In this document: piece after piece, positions 7,370 to 15,384 of the stretch | Layout: each line of letters begins with the position of its first letter | Position numbering within the stretch: position 1 is the stretch's first letter | Source of the DNA: an uncultured Lentimicrobiaceae bacterium | GTDB lineage: Bacteria; Bacteroidota; Bacteroidia; Bacteroidales; WCHB1-69 | NCBI GenBank assembly: GCA_964632815.1 | Contig: CAZWCI010000002.1 | Span: forward strand, 1-35,549 | DNA: 35,549 nt | Reading direction: 5' to 3' | Program-made: the position numbers and the translations under genes | The notes under the pieces: generated by a model | The model's input: the letters and a program-made list of their open reading frames with translations, nothing else | Told to the model about the DNA's origin: nothing | Database searches by the model: none

Positions 7370-8875
7370 TTAGCCGCAGTGGAAATAGGCATTTACCATT
7401 TCCATCATTTTATCAGGATGTTTAGCCACCTCTTCTCTAATATTTTTATCGTTAAATGATTTAAGATATTTGATTATATCATCAATCATTTCTGCATTGA
7501 AAACTCCGTGTTTTTCGAAGATATCGCGATGAGCGGAAAGTTCATTGGCAGATTCCCAGCAAGAGCCGGGGAGTTGATTGAGACTCATCAGTTTATCTTT
7601 ATTTTCGGTTTTATGAATATTCACATCTACGTATGTTTTACTTGCGTAATCAAGAGCGCCCTGCATTTCAAATCCGTGACGTGCGGCAATAACGAGACCG
7701 GCAAGAAGCAAATAGATATCAGCAGAGCCGTCCGGACAACGGAACTCAACAGTTTGTTTTTGGGAATGGTCTTCATCAGCTGGTTTTTCGAGCGGGTTTG
7801 CTTCGGCAACCATATCATTTTCGGTTGTCCAACCAAGGGGAACTCTAACCAGTACCGAGCGGTTACGGTCTCCCCAGCAGATAGAGGTCGGAGCTTCTTG
7901 ATGGGGCACTAATCTAAAGTAAGAAGTGGGGTTCATATTTCCGAATGCCGTAAGAGACGAAGCACATGTCATGTATCCGGCAATGGCAGTTCTGGCAATG
8001 GAGTTTAATTTTCCTTTTTCCACCATTTGGTTCACACCATCTTTCACGATACGGGTATGAATATGCAATCCGCTACCGGCTTTACCTGCAGTAATTTTGG
8101 GAGCAAAGGTTACATTGAGTCCGTATTGATAAGCAAGTCCACGGATAATCCATTTAGCAATAACCAATTGGTCTGCAGCTTCTTGAACGTCTGTGACAAG
8201 AAACTCAATTTCATTTTGTTCGTAAATATAATCACCCAAGGTAAAATTTCCCACTTCAGAGTGGCCGTACTTAATCAATCCACCGGTTTTGGCAATTTGA
8301 TACATACATTCCGTTCTGAAATGTTCAAATTTAGCAAAAGGAGCTGACTCATGATATCCTTTTTGATCAGGAATCAAGAAAAGGTCTTCTTTTTCACCAA
8401 TTACATAATACTCCAATTCGCCCATTGCTTGAAAGGACATATTGGTTACTTTCTTAAAAGATTCAGCTGCTTTTTTCAGAATATATTCCGGAGAATTTTC
8501 CATCGGTTGCCCATTTTTATTAAAATAGGAACAGAGAAAAGAGATGGTTGGAATTTCGCTAAATGGGTCCATAAAAGCGGTGTTAAAGCGAGGTATTACA
8601 TACAAGTCGCTGGATCCGGCATGCATAAATGCGGGGAAAATATTAGAACCATCAACTCTTTCTCCACAAGAGAGAATTTGGTCTAAATGTTCGCGATTGG
8701 TAATTACAAAATTGAGTGATTTCAGCTTTCCATCTCCCGCTACATATCGGAAAGTGAGCATTTTAATTTCTTTTTCTTCAATGAATTTAATAATATCTGC
8801 TTTTGTAAACTCATTTTTTGGTTTTTTCAAATAACTAACCAACGGATTAATGTTTAATGCGATGTCGTCTTTCAT
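7370..8875 (-). CDS. glnA: Glutamine synthetase family protein (about 500-aa type I-like form)
   Basis: GS catalytic-domain signatures are present: NEIEF, KAGSGLHIHT (compare GSGMHxH), NPTSYFRLVPHQEAP (compare NSYKRLVPGYEAP) and WGDRNRSVLVRVP (compare NRSALIRIP). An N-terminal beta-grasp region is present. Confidence 0.8.
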   Translation of the reverse strand: MKDDIALNINPLVSYLKKPKNEFTKADIIKFIEEKEIKMLTFRYVAGDGKLKSLNFVITNREHLDQILSCGERVDGSNIFPAFMHAGSSDLYVIPRFNTAFMDPFSEIPTISFLCSYFNKNGQPMENSPEYILKKAAESFKKVTNMSFQAMGELEYYVIGEKEDLFLIPDQKGYHESAPFAKFEHFRTECMYQIAKTGGLIKYGHSEVGNFTLGDYIYEQNEIEFLVTDVQEAADQLVIAKWIIRGLAYQYGLNVTFAPKITAGKAGSGLHIHTRIVKDGVNQMVEKGKLNSIARTAIAGYMTCASSLTAFGNMNPTSYFRLVPHQEAPTSICWGDRNRSVLVRVPLGWTTENDMVAEANPLEKPADEDHSQKQTVEFRCPDGSADIYLLLAGLVIAARHGFEMQGALDYASKTYVDVNIHKTENKDKLMSLNQLPGSCWESANELSAHRDIFEKHGVFNAEMIDDIIKYLKSFNDKNIREEVAKHPDKMMEMVNAYFHCG

Positions 8876-8959
8876 AAAATTTATTTATTTATATAATTAA
8901 TTGATTTATTTTGCAATAGCGATATATTTTTGATTAAAACACTCTTCATACAAACGGGA

Positions 8960-8994
8960 CAAAGATACTATAAATTCGATGATTATCAAAGATA
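8960..8994 (-). promoter_or_regulatory. Two identical candidate -7 boxes (TATCTTTG on the minus strand) upstream of the GS-like gene
   Basis: The plus strand reads CAAAGATA at 8960-8967 and again at 8987-8994. They lie 85 and 112 nt upstream of ATG 8875, so a fairly long leader would be implied. Confidence 0.3.
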
Positions 8995-8999
8995 AAAAA

Positions 9000-9977
9000 T
9001 CACGGATTCATTAATTTAAAATATCTTTTAATTTCAATTTTCAGTCGTTCTTCGCTGCCGAAATTTACATTTTTAGGATCTTTTCCGTTTTGCATCAGTA
9101 CCATACCTGCCGAAAATTCTTCTGTATAGGGTGAAATATCAACCGGGATAATATCATTCAGTTTAAAATCGCGAATATAGGCATCTTGAAAATTGTTATA
9201 TTTCTCATCGAAATAGATATTCCTCTCTTCACAAAAAGATTGTACTATTTCCATCACCTCATCCCAATTTTCTGGTTTTTGGTCTTGATGAAAATAGAAA
9301 AAAACTGCTTGAAAATCGGGTAATGTTTCTGCTTCAATAAAATCGAATCTTCCCATTTCGTTAAGCATATAGTTGTCGGCCACAAACTTCTTCTTACTGA
9401 AATCGTCCGGATTTGCGGCGACCTCTTCTTTGGTGGCACTACCGACCGATTTAACCCATTCATAAGTTTTTTCTACAGTAAAAGAGCCGTCTTCTTCCCG
9501 TTTAGTATTCCACACTTCTGTTTCGAGTATATCTTGATTTTGGACTGCGATATTCACGGCGACGGGCAAAATATCAAGAATTCGTTGCGTTCCGGAGCCG
9601 GAGGTGGTTACCAAATAAATCCATTCCCGAGACTTAGATTGGAGCATCCAAAGTTCTTTTCCTTCGGGAAGTCTTTCAATACAGCGCACGCCCCAATCGG
9701 TTGGAAAATCCATTCGAACCGTGACTTGGGCTCCTTGATAGCGATCGAATAAAATCATAAAATCTCTTAAAAAATCTTCGGACACCGGATATAAACTATC
9801 CTGATCGGACACATTTGTTTTAATATTCTCCGGAATTAAAGCAACGGGATACTCGATGGTAGCAGGAGGTACTTCTTCGTCTTCTTTATTCACTTGTCTT
9901 TTACATGAAACCAATAAAATGGTCATCATGGCAACAAAGCAAAAGCCAACTTTAAAATTCATGACATTTTTTTTCAT
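9000..9977 (-). CDS. Hypothetical lipoprotein, 325 aa
   Basis: The signal peptide has a lipobox (FVAMMTILLVSC-KRQ). The mature part is acidic with no motif I recognise. The start lies 5 nt after the stop of the murD-like gene. Confidence 0.75.
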   Translation of the reverse strand: MKKNVMNFKVGFCFVAMMTILLVSCKRQVNKEDEEVPPATIEYPVALIPENIKTNVSDQDSLYPVSEDFLRDFMILFDRYQGAQVTVRMDFPTDWGVRCIERLPEGKELWMLQSKSREWIYLVTTSGSGTQRILDILPVAVNIAVQNQDILETEVWNTKREEDGSFTVEKTYEWVKSVGSATKEEVAANPDDFSKKKFVADNYMLNEMGRFDFIEAETLPDFQAVFFYFHQDQKPENWDEVMEIVQSFCEERNIYFDEKYNNFQDAYIRDFKLNDIIPVDISPYTEEFSAGMVLMQNGKDPKNVNFGSEERLKIEIKRYFKLMNP

Positions 9978-9982
9978 AATCC

Positions 9983-11386
9983 CTATAAATTTGAATCATT
10001 AACTTTTAATATATTGTTGATCACAAGAGACTTATAAAAATCTCCGCGTTCCGTAAAATTCTTAAATTGATCATAACTTGCTGCCGCAGGGGAGAGAAGA
10101 CATATTTTTCCTTTTTGAGTATATTTGTATGCAAACAAGACAATTTCATGAAAATCATTTTCAAGAATAAAATGACTTGGGAGAGGATACTTTTCTTTCC
10201 ACTCATCAAAAATTCTCTTTCCGGCAGGACCTGTAAATGCCACATTGGATAGCGGATATTCATGGATATAGTCAATAAGGGAATCATACTCAATTCCTCT
10301 GTCAAAACCTCCCAAAATCAAAGTATCCACTTTTCGCAATGTTTTTAATGCCGCAATAGCAGCTTCGGGAATTGTAGAAATGCTATCATTGTAAAATAAA
10401 ATATCGTTATGTGTTCCGATATATTCCAATCGGTGGGGCAATCCTTTAAAGGTTTTCAAATACTTAGTAATAGATTCATCATCAATATTCTTTGTTTTAC
10501 ACGCCAAAATTGCAGCCATAATATTATAATAATTATGTCTTCCGGGCAGATTTGAGAACTCTTTCAATTCAAATTCAGAGATTACTTCTTTTTGTTCGGC
10601 AATCACAATCTTTGATTCATAGCTGTAAGCTCCGTTAGATAGGATATTTTTGCGGCTGTAGGGCAAAACATTTCGTTCATAACGATGACTTTTGAGAAGG
10701 GCTTGAATGTGTTCATCGTCTGCATTATAGATAAGATAATCTTTATTGCCTTGAAATTGAGTAATATTCAACTTTGCCAACTGATAATTACTAAAAGAAT
10801 TAAAATGGTCTAGATGTTCTTGAAAAAGATTCAGAAAAACAGCCACTTTCGGTGAATGATTGGTATATTCCAATTGATGTGCAGACAATTCCGCAACTAC
10901 AATCGTATTTTCATTAATAGAATCAATTACATCAAAAAAAGGGATTCCGATATTTCCTGACAGAATAGCATTATCGGTAACATTCTTTAAGATATAATAA
11001 ATTAATGAAGAGGTCGTACTTTTCCCTTTTGTTCCGGTAACCCCGATAATTTGGTCGCCATATCCTTTTATAAAAAGATCTGTTTGAGAAGATATCTTTG
11101 AAGGAGGAATGAAGTAGGACAAATGGTTAAGATTTACACCGGGAGTTTTAAGAATCAAGTCAAAATCATTCAAATTGTTATCATAATCTTCCCCAAGTAT
11201 GAAAGACAAATGTTCATCATCGCTATATTTCGAAATATCCAATGCTCTGTTTCTATCTGCCACCACAAGAGGCATATCGGGAAAATGTTTGCGAATAAAT
11301 CGATAAGAGGAGATCCCCTCCTTCCCAAATCCGAGAATCACAATTTTATTATCATGTAGAAATTCCGTAATGATCTCTTTTTTCAT
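9983..11386 (-). CDS. murD: Mur ligase family protein, MurD-like (UDP-N-acetylmuramoyl-L-alanine--glutamate ligase)
   Basis: It has an N-terminal Rossmann-like segment KIVILGFGKEGISSYRFI, the P-loop IIGVTGTKGKSTTSSL, the central and C-terminal Mur ligase pattern (HNYYNIMAA, GLPHRLEYIG, NDSISTIPEA) and the tail LSPAAASYDQFKNFTERGDFY typical of MurD. No other dcw genes are nearby. Confidence 0.75.
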   Translation of the reverse strand: MKKEIITEFLHDNKIVILGFGKEGISSYRFIRKHFPDMPLVVADRNRALDISKYSDDEHLSFILGEDYDNNLNDFDLILKTPGVNLNHLSYFIPPSKISSQTDLFIKGYGDQIIGVTGTKGKSTTSSLIYYILKNVTDNAILSGNIGIPFFDVIDSINENTIVVAELSAHQLEYTNHSPKVAVFLNLFQEHLDHFNSFSNYQLAKLNITQFQGNKDYLIYNADDEHIQALLKSHRYERNVLPYSRKNILSNGAYSYESKIVIAEQKEVISEFELKEFSNLPGRHNYYNIMAAILACKTKNIDDESITKYLKTFKGLPHRLEYIGTHNDILFYNDSISTIPEAAIAALKTLRKVDTLILGGFDRGIEYDSLIDYIHEYPLSNVAFTGPAGKRIFDEWKEKYPLPSHFILENDFHEIVLFAYKYTQKGKICLLSPAAASYDQFKNFTERGDFYKSLVINNILKVNDSNL

Positions 11387-11404
11387 TCTTTCAAATTTTA
11401 GCTA

Positions 11405-11412
11405 CAAAAATA
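11405..11412 (-). promoter_or_regulatory. Candidate -7 box (TATTTTTG on the minus strand) for the murD-like gene
   Basis: The plus strand reads CAAAAATA, 19 nt upstream of ATG 11386. Confidence 0.4.
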
Positions 11413-11715
11413 TAGATTTATTAGATACAAAGGATAAAAAATATTGGTTTTCCAAACATTTTTATTCTACAAAAGAGGAGCTCGTGCAGAAGTTTCGGAT
11501 TAAAAATAATTATTATTTCAAAAAACAAAAAAAGCCTATTTCCGAATGGTTTTTTTTATAATTTTGAAACGTATTAAAGTATTAATATTTTTTACTATAA
11601 CTAACTCAAATACAAATTATAAGAACCGCATCTTCCACTTTCATTTCCCACTTTAATTTCAATTTGATTAATAAAAATTCCAATATATATTAACAAAAAC
11701 AAATAAATACACGAC

Positions 11716-13551
11716 ATGGCAGTAAAAAAGCAAATTTTAGAAAGAGACAGTGTGGTCATCAAGTTTGCGGGAGATTGTGGTGACGGGATGCAACTTTCAG
11801 GAACACTCTTTTCAGACACAGCAGCGTTGTCAGGCAAGGACATCGCAACATTTCCTGATTATCCTGCTGAAATCAGAGCACCGCATGATACGGTAGCAGG
11901 CGTATCCGGATATCAGGTTCACATTGGTAAAGAAACAAGAATTATCGGAGATGAATGTGATGTATTAGTAGCAATGAATCCGGCTTCTTTAAAAGCTAAT
12001 TTAAAGTGGGTAAAAAAAGGCGGAATGATCATCACCGATGAGAATAGCTACAACGAAAGAGCTTTGGAAAAAGCAGGTTATACCAATAACCCTCTAGAAG
12101 ATGACTCTTTAAGTTCCTACCAGGTTATTCACCCACAGATTACGACGATGGCAAGTGAAACCGCAAAAGCTTTAGGTTTAGATCCCAAAGGAGCTGCCCG
12201 GACGAAGAACATGTTTTGTTTGGGTATGGTATATGCTATTTTTGATTTTAGCTTAGATACTCCATTCAAACTTTTGGATAAAAAATTCAAAAGCAACAAA
12301 GATATGGCCGACATCAACAAAAAGGTTATGGAACAGGGGTATATTTTTGCTGAAAATTTGGAGTTACTTGAATCAACGGTTCAAGTATCAGAAGTAAAAT
12401 TAGAAAAGGGCCGTTATCGTAATATTACAGGAAATTTAGCCACAGCTTGGGGGTTAATCGCAGCTTCCGAACGTTCAGGGCGTAAATTATTTTTGGGTTC
12501 TTATCCCATCACCCCCGCTACTGACATATTAATTGAATTAGCCAAACATAAATCTTTGGGAGTAAAAGTTTTTCAAGCAGAAGATGAAATTGCCGGAATC
12601 TGTTCTGCCATTGGAGCTTCTTTTGCAGGAGCAATGGCTTGTACATCCACTTCCGGTCCTGGGTTATCTCTTAAAACCGAAGCATTGGGTTTGGCAGTAA
12701 TGACAGAACTTCCATTAGTGGTAGTTGACGTACAACGTGGAGGTCCTTCCACCGGATTACCAACCAAATCAGAACAATCCGATTTAAATATGGCTCTCTT
12801 CGGACGTAACGGAGAAGCTCCGTGCATTATTATTGCGGCTGCATCCCCCGGAGATTGTTTTTATCAGGCTTACAACGCTGCCAAGTATTCAATGGAAACA
12901 ATGACTCCTTGTATCTTACTAACAGACGGATATATCGGTCAGGGAAGTGAACTCTTCAGAATTCCTAAAGTTGCAGACCTACCATCAATAACACCACCTG
13001 TTGCCACTCCTAACGATCCAAATTACAAGCCATACCGAAGAGATCCAGAAACGCTTGTTCGTCAATGGGCAATTCCAGGAATGGAAGGGTTGAGACATCG
13101 TGTAGGCGGTTTGGAAAAAAGCGATGGAGTTGGATCTGTATCCACCGATGCGTTGAATCATGAAAAAATGGTCAAATACAGAAAAGATAAAGTTGAAAAA
13201 TTAGCCGACAGAATTCCTCTTCAACATGTTGACGGAGATGAGAGTGGCGAACTTTTATTAGTAAGTTGGGGCGGCACTAAAGGGTCCATACTAACTGCTA
13301 TTAAAGAAGCTAGAAAATCTGGAAAAAAAGTTAGCCATGCCCACTTCACTAATATAATGCCATTACCCAAAAACACAGCTGATCTATTGGGAAAATTCAA
13401 AAAAATATTAGTATGTGAATTAAATTCAGGACAATTCGTCAATTATTTAAGGATGCAATTCCCTCAATACCAATACTTACAATATAACAAGGTTCAGGGA
13501 CTTCCTTTTACTGTTCAGGAAATAGTTAAAGAAATCAACAATTTAATTTAA
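11716..13551 (+). CDS. korA: 2-oxoacid (2-oxoglutarate):ferredoxin oxidoreductase subunit alpha, KorA-type (fused gamma-alpha)
   Basis: At 611 aa it has an N-terminal gamma-like domain (VIKFAGDCGDGMQLSG) and then an alpha domain (GSYPITPATDILIELAK, FQAEDEIAGICSAIGASFAG, VVVDVQRGGPSTGLPT). The beta subunit follows directly. Confidence 0.88.
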   Translation: MAVKKQILERDSVVIKFAGDCGDGMQLSGTLFSDTAALSGKDIATFPDYPAEIRAPHDTVAGVSGYQVHIGKETRIIGDECDVLVAMNPASLKANLKWVKKGGMIITDENSYNERALEKAGYTNNPLEDDSLSSYQVIHPQITTMASETAKALGLDPKGAARTKNMFCLGMVYAIFDFSLDTPFKLLDKKFKSNKDMADINKKVMEQGYIFAENLELLESTVQVSEVKLEKGRYRNITGNLATAWGLIAASERSGRKLFLGSYPITPATDILIELAKHKSLGVKVFQAEDEIAGICSAIGASFAGAMACTSTSGPGLSLKTEALGLAVMTELPLVVVDVQRGGPSTGLPTKSEQSDLNMALFGRNGEAPCIIIAAASPGDCFYQAYNAAKYSMETMTPCILLTDGYIGQGSELFRIPKVADLPSITPPVATPNDPNYKPYRRDPETLVRQWAIPGMEGLRHRVGGLEKSDGVGSVSTDALNHEKMVKYRKDKVEKLADRIPLQHVDGDESGELLLVSWGGTKGSILTAIKEARKSGKKVSHAHFTNIMPLPKNTADLLGKFKKILVCELNSGQFVNYLRMQFPQYQYLQYNKVQGLPFTVQEIVKEINNLI

Positions 13552-13554
13552 TAT

Positions 13555-13560
13555 AAGGAG
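13555..13560 (+). promoter_or_regulatory. Shine-Dalgarno-like AAGGAG 8 nt upstream of the korB ATG
   Basis: AAGGAG is at 13555-13560 and ATG is at 13569. I did not notice comparable purine-rich SD motifs ahead of the other starts I inspected. Confidence 0.3.
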
Positions 13561-13568
13561 ATCATAAC

Positions 13569-14600
13569 ATGAGTTACAAAACAATAGAAAGAACAACGGA
13601 ACAATTGTCAAAAGAAGATTTTGCAAGTGATCAGATGGTCAGATGGTGCCCGGGTTGTGGAAATCATGCCATTTTATTAGCCGTTGAAAACGTATTTCCC
13701 ATGATTGGGTATAAAAAAGAGAATTTCTGTGTTGTTTCCGGTATCGGATGTTCTTCAAGATTTCCTTATTACATGAACACTTATGGTTTCCATAGTATTC
13801 ACGGAAGGGCCAATGCCATCGCTACCGGTGTTCGCCTGTTCAATAGAGGATTGAGTGTTTGGATTGCTACCGGAGACGGAGATTCATTAGCCATTGGAGG
13901 AAATCACTTCATCCACATTATCAGAAGAAATCTTGATGTTAACATCATGCTTTTCAATAATGAAATATATGGGTTGACAAAAGGTCAATACTCTCCTACT
14001 TCCAAAATGGGGAAGATTACGAAATCCTCTCCTCAAGGAACTATAGAACACCCGTTCACAATTGGAGAATTAGTTTTGGGCGCCCAAGGAACATTCTTCG
14101 CCCGTGTTATTGACAACAACCCCAAATTTATCAGTGAAGTAATGCTGGAAGCTGCGAAACATGACGGGACTTCAGTAGTAGAGATGTTACAAAATTGTGT
14201 CATCTTTAACGATGGAACCCATGAAGAAGTTACCGCAAAAGATAAACGTGATGATAATCAATTAATTCTCAAACATGGAGAAAAGATGATTTTCGGAAAA
14301 GACAAAAACAAAGGAATTAAACTGGGAGTTCATGGTCTTGAAGTGATTACAATTGGAGAAGATGGTAATACTATTGATGATGTGTTGGTACATGATATGT
14401 ATCGTAAAGATCCAGGGATCCACCTTATGCTGGCTAAAATGAAACCTTCTCGTTTCCCCATTGCTTTAGGAGTTATTCGTTCCGTAGATTATCCTACTTA
14501 TGATGAATTATTGGAAAAACAAATTAAGGATGCACAAGAAAGTTGCAAAATAAAGTGTGCAGATGAATTATTAAATAGCGGAGAAACCTGGGAAGTATAA
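13569..14600 (+). CDS. korB: 2-oxoacid:ferredoxin oxidoreductase subunit beta (TPP-binding), KorB-type
   Basis: It carries WCPGCGNHAIL, the GIGCSSRF motif and the TPP-binding ATGDGDSLAIGGNH...N pattern. It is 343 aa and lies immediately downstream of korA. Confidence 0.9.
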   Translation: MSYKTIERTTEQLSKEDFASDQMVRWCPGCGNHAILLAVENVFPMIGYKKENFCVVSGIGCSSRFPYYMNTYGFHSIHGRANAIATGVRLFNRGLSVWIATGDGDSLAIGGNHFIHIIRRNLDVNIMLFNNEIYGLTKGQYSPTSKMGKITKSSPQGTIEHPFTIGELVLGAQGTFFARVIDNNPKFISEVMLEAAKHDGTSVVEMLQNCVIFNDGTHEEVTAKDKRDDNQLILKHGEKMIFGKDKNKGIKLGVHGLEVITIGEDGNTIDDVLVHDMYRKDPGIHLMLAKMKPSRFPIALGVIRSVDYPTYDELLEKQIKDAQESCKIKCADELLNSGETWEV

Positions 14601-14634
14601 CAAAAGCTCTTTAACTCACTTTTACTAAACTATT

Positions 14635-15378
14635 ATGAAAATATTACAAGGAAAAACAGCTTTGATTACCGGAGCTGCGAGAGGAATAGGTAAAGAAATC
14701 GCATTGACTATGGCTGAGCAAGGTGCCAATATTGCTTTTACAGATATTGCACCTGGCTCTCATGCCGATGCATTGGTTACAGAATTAGAAAATCTTGGAG
14801 TGACAGCTCGTTTTTACGTTTCTGATGCTTCCTCTTTGTCGGATACCGAAAATACAGTCAATAAAATCATTGAAGATTTCGGGAAAATCGATATTTTAGT
14901 AAATAATGCCGGAATTACAAGAGATACTCTTCTGATGCGAATGAATGAAAAAGATTGGGATGCCGTGATTCAGGTAAATCTCAAATCGGTATTTAATCTG
15001 ACCAAATCCGTTCAACCTTATATGCTGAAACAACGCTCCGGCTCTATTATCAATATGAGTTCTATTGTTGGAATAGGCGGGAATATTGGACAAGCAAATT
15101 ATGCAGCTTCAAAAGCCGGCATTATAGGTTTTACTAAATCGGTAGCTCAAGAGATTGGTAGTCGCAGTATTCGATGCAATGCCATTGCACCCGGATTTAT
15201 CGCCACGGAAATGACAGATAAAGTCCCTGCTGAGATGAAAGAGAATTGGTTGAAAATGATTGCCCTTCGAAGGATTGGCACTCCAAAAGATGTTGCCAAT
15301 ATTGCTCTTTTTCTTGCATCTGATTTATCGACTTATGTTACAGGTCAAGTAATTCGCTGCGACGGAGGAATGAACTAG
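14635..15378 (+). CDS. fabG: 3-oxoacyl-[acyl-carrier-protein] reductase (SDR family)
   Basis: It has TALITGAARGIGKEIA (TGxxxGxG), NNAG and the S...YAASKAG catalytic motif. It is 247 aa and shows end-to-end FabG-like architecture. Confidence 0.85.
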   Translation: MKILQGKTALITGAARGIGKEIALTMAEQGANIAFTDIAPGSHADALVTELENLGVTARFYVSDASSLSDTENTVNKIIEDFGKIDILVNNAGITRDTLLMRMNEKDWDAVIQVNLKSVFNLTKSVQPYMLKQRSGSIINMSSIVGIGGNIGQANYAASKAGIIGFTKSVAQEIGSRSIRCNAIAPGFIATEMTDKVPAEMKENWLKMIALRRIGTPKDVANIALFLASDLSTYVTGQVIRCDGGMN

Positions 15379-15384
15379 TTTTTG

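Noticed and set aside
7508-8834. Plus-strand ORFs of 96-134 aa (7508-7912, 8027-8347, 8351-8686, 8544-8834) within the glutamine synthetase gene.
   Set aside because: They are antisense to a CDS with clear GS motifs and have no signatures of their own.
11526-11556. A weak hairpin with A-run and T-run (aaaaaagcc...ggtttttttt) in the murD/korA intergenic region, possibly an orphan terminator or sRNA end.
   Set aside because: The stem has only two G:C pairs plus A:T and G:T pairs with an 11-nt loop. No upstream transcription unit ends there, so it is indistinguishable from AT-rich background.
11370-11843. Two intergenic ORFs, 11370-11561 (+) of 63 aa and 11601-11843 (-) of 80 aa.
   Set aside because: They lie in the very AT-rich divergent promoter region between the murD-like gene and korA. 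Their sequences are low-complexity, and the second overlaps the korA start.
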